Source: a virus | Taxonomy: Duplodnaviria; Caudoviricetes | Strand: one strand, 5' to 3' | Virus record (IMG/VR): IMGVR_UViG_3300017706_000575 | Span: 1-52,184 of that record | DNA length: 52,184 nt | Part shown: piece by piece, positions 7,731 to 15,263 of the stretch | Position numbering within the stretch: position 1 is the first letter of the stretch | Layout: the number at the start of each line of letters is the position of its first letter | Notes under the pieces: generated by a model | Databases searched by the model: none | What the model was told of the DNA's origin: nothing | The model's input: only the letters and a program-made list of their open reading frames with translations | Position numbers and translations under genes: made by a program

Positions 7731-8020
7731 TGGCAGCAAAAAAAGATAGCAGATTAGCAAAAGCAGGGGTGTCAGCTTATAATAAGCCTAAACGTACTCC
7801 ATCACATCCAAAAAAATCTCATGTTGTAGTAGCTAAGGTTGGTGATAAAGTAAAGACAATCAGGTTTGGAGAACAAGGGGCTAGTACTGCAGGTAAACCT
7901 AAAGCAGGAGAGTCAGCTAAAATGAAAGCAAAAAGAAAGTCTTTTAAAGCTAGACATGGCAAAAATATTGCTAAAGGTAAAATGTCTGCAGCATATTGGG
8001 CTGATAAAGTCAAATGGTAA
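7730..8020 (+). CDS. small basic protein of a widespread marine-phage family
   Basis: YNKPKRTPSHPKKSHVVVAK...IRFGEQG...RKSFKARH...SAAYWADKVKW. Confidence 0.75.
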   Translation: MAAKKDSRLAKAGVSAYNKPKRTPSHPKKSHVVVAKVGDKVKTIRFGEQGASTAGKPKAGESAKMKAKRKSFKARHGKNIAKGKMSAAYWADKVKW

Positions 8021-8080
8021 ATACAGGAAGAGAGTGGGATTGGATGGATGATTATTGTCCTGAATCAAATACAAAAAGGT

Positions 8081-8512
8081 ATGGGCAAGATAATTATAAT
8101 ATTATATACTTTATTGTGCAGTCTTGCATATGGTCAGGAGTGCAGTCCTTTTTATAAACCCAAGAGTTATACTTTAGATAAAAATAAATCTGCAGCTATT
8201 GGATATGTAGCGTGTCTTCATGCAAGGGGTGTTGTTGCTGAAGTAGGATATGATAAACTGTTTCTTGGAATCTTAGCAATGGGACAAGGACATCATGGTG
8301 CAACTTATACATTTTTACAATATGAAGTGCCTTTTGATAGATTTAGAGTTTATATAGGACCAGCATATAAACTAAATCATGATCCTAGATTAATAATTGG
8401 TAGAGTTGGACTAGATTTAAAACTATATAAGAAATTCTATGCAACTGGCAGCATTCTTCAAATAAATCAGAATCTAAATTATTTACATGTCGGTTTTAAG
8501 GTTTTGATATAA
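8081..8512 (+). CDS. secreted or outer-membrane beta-barrel-like protein (start re-called at MGKII)
   Basis: Signal peptide MGKIIIILYTLLCSLAYG|Q; alternating amphipathic strands; C-terminal YLHVGFKVLI. Confidence 0.55.
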   Translation: MGKIIIILYTLLCSLAYGQECSPFYKPKSYTLDKNKSAAIGYVACLHARGVVAEVGYDKLFLGILAMGQGHHGATYTFLQYEVPFDRFRVYIGPAYKLNHDPRLIIGRVGLDLKLYKKFYATGSILQINQNLNYLHVGFKVLI

Positions 8513-8536
8513 ATAAGGTCTATAAACTTTTTTTAT

Positions 8537-8575
8537 TTAAACTAATTTTATATATATTTGTAAAAATTAGTTTAA
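8537..8575 (+). promoter_or_regulatory. TATATTTG (-7) promoter element enclosed in a perfect 13-bp inverted repeat
   Basis: TTAAACTAATTTT (8537-8549) / AAAATTAGTTTAA (8563-8575); TATATTTG at 8553-8560. Confidence 0.55.
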
Positions 8576-8591
8576 CATTAAAAATTAAGAC

Positions 8592-8891
8592 ATGTCAAAA
8601 TCAACAAAAAACTTAACGGAAGAAAATGACCCTACTTTATCTAAAGAAGAAATGGCTGCACGCAGAGAAGAAATCACTGCATTCTACAAAGACAACATTC
8701 CTCATTTAGAAGTACAAGCAGAATATGAAGTATTGCTAGCTACTATTGAGAAGTCTAGAGCAGAGCGTATGCAAGCCCAAATGTTTATGGCACAGCAATA
8801 TTCTGATCAGAAAGAAGGAGTGGATGTTAATTCAGAAGAAGCTAAAGCTTTTAAACAAGCTATGGAAGAAGCTGCTTCAAAAATAGACTGA
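8592..8891 (+). CDS. helical hypothetical protein
   Basis: 99-aa ORF upstream of the endolysin. Confidence 0.7.
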   Translation: MSKSTKNLTEENDPTLSKEEMAARREEITAFYKDNIPHLEVQAEYEVLLATIEKSRAERMQAQMFMAQQYSDQKEGVDVNSEEAKAFKQAMEEAASKID

Positions 8892-8895
8892 TATT

Positions 8896-9816
8896 ATGCG
8901 GATACTAAAAAGAGGAGATAAAGGATCTGATGTACAAACTCTTCAAAGAGCATTAAACATTACATCTGATGGAGATTTTGGGCCTATAACAGAAAAGGCT
9001 GTAATAAGATTTCAACTAAGCAATAATTTTCCTATTACAGGAATTGTTGATTCACCAATGTGGACTTTATTATTTAATAAAGAAATTACAGTTACAGAGG
9101 AAATAGATGAAGATACAGACATTTCTGCAGAGTATTTTGAGACTACATTTGATCAAGTAATTCACAGACATTTTTTACCTAAAGGTCAATATGTAGAAGG
9201 ACCTGTAGAAAACAATTATATTTTTTTACATCATACTGCAGGACATGCAAATCCTTACAGAACAGTTGATCATTGGGGTAGAGATAGCAGAGGGAGAGTA
9301 GCAACAGAGTTTGTTTTAGGTGGCATAGACCATAGAAATGGAAATGCAGATAATGATGGAATTATGATTCAAGCATTTCCAGAAAAGTGTCAGGGATGGC
9401 ACTTAGGTAGAACGGGTTCTGGCAGAATGAATAGAAGTTCTGTAGGTTTAGAGATATGTAACATGGGATACTTAACAGATGATGACAAGACTTATGTAAG
9501 GTCTCGTTGTACACCAAGTCAAGTTACCGTATTGGAAAAACCTTTTAGAGGTCATAGCAGATGGCATAGCTATACTGATGCTCAGATTAAAGAAACTGAA
9601 AAATGGATAAGATATGTAGGGGAAAGAGATGATATAGACATCAGAGTTGGCTTACAAGAATATATACATAAATATGGTGCATATAAGGGGTTTGATTTTC
9701 ATGAGGATGCTTATTATGGAAAAGTAAAAGGATTATTAACACATACCAACGTAAGGAGAGATAAGTCTGATTGTTATCCTCATCCTGATCTAGTTGATAT
9801 GATAATGAGTTTATAA
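8896..9816 (+). CDS. endolysin: N-terminal peptidoglycan-binding domain plus N-acetylmuramoyl-L-alanine amidase (Amidase_2)
   Basis: LKRGDKGSDVQTLQRAL..DGDFGPITEKAVIRFQ..TGIVD; IFLHHTAG, GWHLG, NRSSVGLEICN, LLTHTNV..KSDC. Confidence 0.88.
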   Translation: MRILKRGDKGSDVQTLQRALNITSDGDFGPITEKAVIRFQLSNNFPITGIVDSPMWTLLFNKEITVTEEIDEDTDISAEYFETTFDQVIHRHFLPKGQYVEGPVENNYIFLHHTAGHANPYRTVDHWGRDSRGRVATEFVLGGIDHRNGNADNDGIMIQAFPEKCQGWHLGRTGSGRMNRSSVGLEICNMGYLTDDDKTYVRSRCTPSQVTVLEKPFRGHSRWHSYTDAQIKETEKWIRYVGERDDIDIRVGLQEYIHKYGAYKGFDFHEDAYYGKVKGLLTHTNVRRDKSDCYPHPDLVDMIMSL

Positions 9817-9817
9817 T

Positions 9818-10189
9818 ATGGCAATAGTAACTAATGTAGATCTAAAACTTAAGGTGGATATTAATGATTCAATAAAGTATCAGATACTTACTTATTGTTT
9901 CTTTAATAAAACATTAATAAGTAATACTGATTTAGAATTTTTAACTGAACTTTCTAAAAATCCTAAAATAGAAATTTCTAAATTCTGTGGAATCTTGACT
10001 GAGAAGTTAATATTTAAAAGTCCTCAGTCAGCAAGAAATGCAATTTCAAAAGCTGAGAAAAAAAATCTTTTAGTAAAAAGTGGTACTAATAAAAAAACAA
10101 TTAGTATAAAAAAAGAAATAAACGTGCAAGTAAAAGGATTAGTATTACTGAATTATAAAGTTCTAGGAAATGAATCCGAAGAAGCATAG
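9818..10189 (+). CDS. hypothetical protein, possible winged-helix
   Basis: FKSPQSARNAISKAEKKNLLVK resembles a recognition helix plus wing. Confidence 0.55.
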   Translation: MAIVTNVDLKLKVDINDSIKYQILTYCFFNKTLISNTDLEFLTELSKNPKIEISKFCGILTEKLIFKSPQSARNAISKAEKKNLLVKSGTNKKTISIKKEINVQVKGLVLLNYKVLGNESEEA

Positions 10190-10526
10190 TGAATTTAAAG
10201 ATGGCATAGCAGAAGAGGTGGGAGTACACTCTCAATTGGTTGATGATTTTATAACATTCTACTATAGTAAAGTAAGAAAGAAACTTTCTAAGTTAGAATT
10301 CCCTAGAATCTATATTGAAGGATTAGGTACATTTTATCTTAGGAAGAATAAGTTAGAAAATGCAATAAAAAGGCAAAAGAGTATGTTAGGAAATATAGCT
10401 AAACGTACATATAATGGTTATGCTAAAAGTGAAAACATATTATTAAATATTGAAGAAATGGAAAAAGCTCTAGAACAAATGGAGAAAGATATTTTAAAGA
10501 AAAAAGAATTTAAATCAAAGATGTAA
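10170..10526 (+). CDS. HU/IHF-like DNA-binding protein
   Basis: IAEEVGVHSQLVDDFITFY...RIYIEGLGTFYL HU/IHF signature; such genes are typical of crAss-like phages. Confidence 0.7.
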   Translation: MNPKKHSEFKDGIAEEVGVHSQLVDDFITFYYSKVRKKLSKLEFPRIYIEGLGTFYLRKNKLENAIKRQKSMLGNIAKRTYNGYAKSENILLNIEEMEKALEQMEKDILKKKEFKSKM

Positions 10527-10847
10527 ATGTCAAAGCCGTGGAAAAAATATATAGATGCATTTAAAAATGCAGATAAGATTGCAGAAGGAATAAAAAATAA
10601 GATATTTAAAAAAGAACACATTGAAGCTGTAGCAACTGATAGATTTCAGATATGCATAAAGTGTTCTTTATTTGATGCTAAAGGAAGTGATTGTATTGCT
10701 CCAGGAACTCAACCATGTTGTTCAGATTGTGGTTGTAGTTTAGCATTTAAAGTTAGATCATTATCTTCTGAATGTCCAAAAGGATTTTGGGATGCATTTA
10801 CTACAGAAGAGCAAGAGAATAAAATAAACCAACAGATTAAAAAATAA
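10527..10847 (+). CDS. Cys-rich putative Zn-binding protein
   Basis: RFQICIKC...C..PGTQPCCSDCGC...KVRSLSSECPKGFW. Confidence 0.7.
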   Translation: MSKPWKKYIDAFKNADKIAEGIKNKIFKKEHIEAVATDRFQICIKCSLFDAKGSDCIAPGTQPCCSDCGCSLAFKVRSLSSECPKGFWDAFTTEEQENKINQQIKK

Positions 10848-10850
10848 ATA

Positions 10851-11093
10851 ATGAGTGATTTACTTAAACCAGTAGTTGTATCAGATATTGTAAGAGATTT
10901 ACTAGAATATAAATTGATTACAAAAGATTCAGCAGTAATATTATTAAACGCTGAGGCAAAAGCTAATGCATTTGATAATCAAACAGTGTTACCACCAGAA
11001 TGGATACCTAACATTGAAAAAGAAGAAACTATAACATGGACAATAGATCCATCAAATCCGGATTTACCACATTGGTATACAACAATAGCATAG
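10851..11093 (+). CDS. hypothetical protein
   Basis: 80 aa, operon spacing. Confidence 0.6.
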   Translation: MSDLLKPVVVSDIVRDLLEYKLITKDSAVILLNAEAKANAFDNQTVLPPEWIPNIEKEETITWTIDPSNPDLPHWYTTIA

Positions 11094-11097
11094 TATT

Positions 11098-11910
11098 ATG
11101 GCAATTATATTTAAAGAAGAAGGACATAGTTATGAAAGTATAGACAAAGATGCTATAGAGTGGTTAAGTGTAACTTCTTTTATAGGTATGTTTAAACCCA
11201 AGTTTGATGCTAAGGGTCAAGCTAAAAAGTCAGCTAAAAATAAAAGATCTAAATGGTATGGTATGACTGAAAAAGAAATACTAACTGCATGGGATAATGA
11301 GACTAAGAGAGCTATTAAGTTAGGTAATTTTTATCATAATCAAAGAGAAGCTGACATGTTAGATTTTGACACTATTGAACGTGATGGCACAGAGATACCT
11401 ATTGTCAAACCTTTAGTTAATGATGATGGTATTAAATTAGCACCTGAACAAAAAGTGGAAGATGGTATATATCCAGAACACTTGGTATATTTAAAGTCTG
11501 CTGGAATTTGTGGTCAGGCTGATTTAGTTGAAATTGTAAATGGTTATATTAACATATATGATTATAAAACTAATAAAGAGATTAAGGAAAAAGGATTTAC
11601 TAATTGGGAAGGTATAACAAGCAAAATGTTTAAGCCTGTGAATAATTTAGATGATTGTAATCTTAATCATTATAATCTGCAATTAAGTATTTATGCGTAT
11701 ATTATTAAAAAACACAACCCTAAACTTAAAATAGGCAAGTTAGTAATACAACATGTAAAGTTTAAACAAATAGGGGAAGATGAAAATGGTTATCCTGTTA
11801 ATGAACATGTTAATGGAGAACCTGTATTAGAAACAATTAAAATGTATGAATTACCATATCTTAAAGATGAAGTAAATTCTTTAATAATGTGGTTAAAAGA
11901 AAATAGATAA
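11098..11910 (+). CDS. PD-(D/E)XK (Cas4/RecB-like) exonuclease
   Basis: SVTSFI, GNFYH, PEHLVY, CGQADLV, IYDYKTN, YNLQLSIYAY. Confidence 0.85.
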   Translation: MAIIFKEEGHSYESIDKDAIEWLSVTSFIGMFKPKFDAKGQAKKSAKNKRSKWYGMTEKEILTAWDNETKRAIKLGNFYHNQREADMLDFDTIERDGTEIPIVKPLVNDDGIKLAPEQKVEDGIYPEHLVYLKSAGICGQADLVEIVNGYINIYDYKTNKEIKEKGFTNWEGITSKMFKPVNNLDDCNLNHYNLQLSIYAYIIKKHNPKLKIGKLVIQHVKFKQIGEDENGYPVNEHVNGEPVLETIKMYELPYLKDEVNSLIMWLKENR

Positions 11911-12164
11911 TGGCATCAATAGTATTAACACAAGTTCATTTAGCACAAAAATCTCCAACAGATTCATCACAACCTTTATATGTTGTACCAGGATCAGATA
12001 ACCCATTAGCAATAGATCAACCGGAAATAATTGGTGTTGGGGTAGTATACAATTTAGATGGAACAATCCTTGATGCTAGACAAGTATATGTAGCTGGTTT
12101 GGTAACTCCAATTTATGTTGCTGATTCTTATGCTACAGTGAAGCAGTATATTGATCAAAACTAA
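11910..12164 (+). CDS. hypothetical protein
   Basis: 84 aa, TAATG coupling. Confidence 0.65.
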   Translation: MASIVLTQVHLAQKSPTDSSQPLYVVPGSDNPLAIDQPEIIGVGVVYNLDGTILDARQVYVAGLVTPIYVADSYATVKQYIDQN

Positions 12165-12176
12165 AAACATAAAATT

Positions 12177-12695
12177 ATGCTAATAAGATTATTTGATGTA
12201 CAAAACTCAAAAGTGGTACCAACAGAGCATTGTTATGCTTTACCTTTTTTAAATAAAATTATGGAAGAATATCCTGATAGTTATTTAAAAATTTATCAAT
12301 ACATTTTTTATATGTCTTGTCCTAATCCTGACATGAATCCATTTTTTAATTTACCAGAACATGAAAAGGAAGATATAATAATTGAAGAAATACAATTAGA
12401 AGATTCTCCTGAAGATGGTAAGATTAGATATGCATTAGATATGTGCAAACAGATGTATGAAACACCAACATATAGAGCTTATGTAGGTATCAAAGCTATG
12501 TTAGATAGATTAGCTAAGTATATGGAAGTAACACCTATAGAACATGGTAGAGATGGAAATATGAACTCTATGATAAACGCTGCTGCAAAATTTGAACAGA
12601 TTAGGCAGTCATATAAAGGAGCTTTTAGTGATATGAAGCAGGAGCAAGAAAGTTCAGTTAGGGGAGGTGCAGGATTAGCATATGACCAAATATGA
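12177..12695 (+). CDS. conserved helical protein upstream of terminase (possible small terminase subunit)
   Basis: Position, helical composition, C-terminal SVRGGAGLAYDQ; function inferred from position. Confidence 0.55.
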   Translation: MLIRLFDVQNSKVVPTEHCYALPFLNKIMEEYPDSYLKIYQYIFYMSCPNPDMNPFFNLPEHEKEDIIIEEIQLEDSPEDGKIRYALDMCKQMYETPTYRAYVGIKAMLDRLAKYMEVTPIEHGRDGNMNSMINAAAKFEQIRQSYKGAFSDMKQEQESSVRGGAGLAYDQI

Positions 12696-12844
12696 CAAAA
12701 GATAAATGGCACTTTTGTTATTGGGATGAACCAGATTTCAATACTGATAAAAAAAAATTAATTAACAATAAAGAAACCAAAAAAAATGGCACAACAAATA
12801 GTTCCGGTAGGAAAAAAAATTCTGATAAAACAAAGAGAAGCTGA
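12692..12844 (+). CDS. possible 50-aa microprotein MTKDKWHFCYWDEPDFN...
   Basis: ATGA overlap with the upstream stop; fills the gap before groES and overlaps its start; below ORF-track cutoff. Confidence 0.35.
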   Translation: MTKDKWHFCYWDEPDFNTDKKKLINNKETKKNGTTNSSGRKKNSDKTKRS

Positions 12845-13064
12845 AAAGTTTTTTAATAACACAAATATTATGATACCTGATGGTGCTCAAGAAAGAGAAA
12901 ACATAGGTTCTGTTGTTGGTGTTGGAGCATCTGTAGAAGAGATAAAAGTTGGTGATGTAGTTCAATATACAGATCATTGCCTACCTGTACCAATGAAGCA
13001 TAATGATGTAGAACACTTATTGATTCAAGAGGGTGATATATTTGCAATTTTAGTGGATGTATAA
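12786..13064 (+). CDS. groES: co-chaperonin GroES (Cpn10)
   Basis: PVGKKILIK...IMIPDGAQE..IGSVVGVG...IKVGDVVQY...HLLIQEGDIFAI. Confidence 0.9.
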   Translation: MAQQIVPVGKKILIKQREAEKFFNNTNIMIPDGAQERENIGSVVGVGASVEEIKVGDVVQYTDHCLPVPMKHNDVEHLLIQEGDIFAILVDV

Positions 13065-15243
13065 ATCCATACCCACATATTATAAAGGTACATGGGAAAC
13101 TACTGATTTTGAAACTAAGAATGATTTCATAGAATTTTTATTAAGTATATTTAGTGAGCCTGGGAAATATGATTTTACCATTTTATCTAAAGAATTTAAT
13201 AGAGAGGCTAAGACCTTTAATGAGAATGGGTTTTATTGTGATAAACCTTTTAGATCAAAAGATTTTATTTCTTATTGGAATGATCAAAAAAATAAATGTA
13301 GAGTAGGTGTAATTTATAAGAATGATGATAAGTCTTGGTATTTATCAAGAGATTATTATATGTGGTTAAATTTTTTGCCAATCTTTGATAAAGAAGAAAA
13401 AAAATACGGGTTTGCTAAAGTAAGAGATGCACAATATCATATGGCTCTTTATGAGCTATTAGCTGAATTAAATAATAAACATTCAGCAATACTTAAAAAA
13501 CGTCAAATAGCATCATCTTATTTTCACATGGGTAAGATTATAAATCAGTATTGGTTTGAAGAGGGAAGCATTTGTAAAGTTGGGGCATCTCTTAAAGATT
13601 TTATAAATGATAAAGGATCATGGAAATTTTTAGATGAATATAAAATATTTCTTAATGAGCATACTGCATGGTATAGACCAAGTAATCCTGAAAAGGTTTT
13701 ATTGTGGCAGCAACAGATTGAAGTAAAAGTTGGAAATAGAAAAACTGCCAGAGGTCTTAAATCAAAAATACAAGGGGGATCATTTGAAAAAAATGCTACT
13801 ACAGGAGTAGGTGGACCTTGTACATACTTTTTTCATGAAGAGGCTGGGATTGCACCCAAGATGTCAGAGACATATGAGTATTTACGTCCTGCAATGTCAT
13901 CTGGTATGATGACTACAGGTATGTTTATAGCAGCTGGATCGGTGGGTGACTTGGAGCAATGTAATCCATTAAAGGAAATGATTATAAATCCTAAATCAAA
14001 TGATATATATTCTATAGAAACGGATTTAATAGACGCTGATGGTACAGTTGGTATGGCTGGACTATTTATTCCTGAACAGTGGTCTATGCCCCCTTATATT
14101 GATGACTATGGTAACTCTTTAGTAGAAGAAGCTATAGAAGCAATTACTTTAGAAAGGGCACGTTGGAAGAATGAATTAAATGGAGAACAGTTTCAATTAA
14201 GAATATCTCAAAAACCTTTGAATATTGCAGAAGCATTTGCATATAGAAAAGCATCAATATTTCCACAAGGTATTTTAAGCAGACAACAAAAAAGAATTGA
14301 AGAAAAAGAATACCCTTATGAACTTATTGAATTAGATAGAAATGAAAAAGGGATCTTTGCAAAGAGGACAAATAAATTACCAATAACTAGATTTCCTGTA
14401 GATAAAAAACAAACAGACAAAACAGGTACTATAGTTGTTTGGGAAAGACCTGTAAAAAATCCAGAGTTTGGTGCTTATTATGCTTCTATTGACCCTGTTT
14501 CAGAAGGGAAGACAACAACATCAGATTCTTTGTGTAGCATATTTGTTTATAAAAATGCTGCAGAAGTAACAAGAACTACAGCAGCAGGAGATGTAGAGCA
14601 GTTTTTAGAAAAAGATAAAATAGTAGCTGCTTGGTGTGGTAGATTTGATGATATAAATAAAACTCATGAAAGATTAGAGTTAATCATTGAATGGTATAAT
14701 GCTTGGACAGTTGTAGAAAATAACATTTCTCTTTTTATTCAGCATATGATTGCCAGAAAGAAACAGAGATATTTAGTACCTAAACAACAGATATTATTTT
14801 TAAAAGATCTTGGATCTAATAGAACGGTATATCAAGAATATGGTTGGAAAAATACAGGTACTTTATTTAAAAGTCATTTAATATCTTATGCTATAGAATT
14901 TTTAAGAGAGGTTATAGATGAAGAAACAGATGTAAATGGTGTTGTCATTAATCAGACTTTAGGTGTAGAAAGAATACCAGATCCAATGTTAATTAAAGAA
15001 ATGTTGGCTTATTATCCTGGATTGAACGTAGATAGGTTAGTTGCTTTTGGAGCTTTAATAGCTTTTGCAAAAATTCAACAATCAAATAGAGGCTACTCTA
15101 AGCGGCAAGAATCAGAAGATAATTCTTTGGTAAAGTCAGATAATTTCAGTAAATTAAAGTATAGTCCGTTTAAAAATATAGGGCGTAATAGATCAAGAAA
15201 TACCAATAGACCTAGTAGATCTGGATTTAAAAATTATAAGTAG
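13057..15243 (+). CDS. terL: terminase large subunit
   Basis: Walker A-like LKKRQIASSY, Walker B FFHEEAG, AAGSVG coupling motif, nuclease ASIDPVSEG, VENN, NVDRLVA; directly upstream of portal. Confidence 0.92.
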   Translation: MYKSIPTYYKGTWETTDFETKNDFIEFLLSIFSEPGKYDFTILSKEFNREAKTFNENGFYCDKPFRSKDFISYWNDQKNKCRVGVIYKNDDKSWYLSRDYYMWLNFLPIFDKEEKKYGFAKVRDAQYHMALYELLAELNNKHSAILKKRQIASSYFHMGKIINQYWFEEGSICKVGASLKDFINDKGSWKFLDEYKIFLNEHTAWYRPSNPEKVLLWQQQIEVKVGNRKTARGLKSKIQGGSFEKNATTGVGGPCTYFFHEEAGIAPKMSETYEYLRPAMSSGMMTTGMFIAAGSVGDLEQCNPLKEMIINPKSNDIYSIETDLIDADGTVGMAGLFIPEQWSMPPYIDDYGNSLVEEAIEAITLERARWKNELNGEQFQLRISQKPLNIAEAFAYRKASIFPQGILSRQQKRIEEKEYPYELIELDRNEKGIFAKRTNKLPITRFPVDKKQTDKTGTIVVWERPVKNPEFGAYYASIDPVSEGKTTTSDSLCSIFVYKNAAEVTRTTAAGDVEQFLEKDKIVAAWCGRFDDINKTHERLELIIEWYNAWTVVENNISLFIQHMIARKKQRYLVPKQQILFLKDLGSNRTVYQEYGWKNTGTLFKSHLISYAIEFLREVIDEETDVNGVVINQTLGVERIPDPMLIKEMLAYYPGLNVDRLVAFGALIAFAKIQQSNRGYSKRQESEDNSLVKSDNFSKLKYSPFKNIGRNRSRNTNRPSRSGFKNYK

Positions 15244-15263
15244 ACTAATTAAAAATATCTAGA

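Noticed and set aside
11098-11910. Cas4 / CRISPR system
   Set aside because: Stand-alone PD-(D/E)XK nuclease lacking the Cas4 Fe-S cysteine cluster; no repeat-spacer array or other cas genes seen
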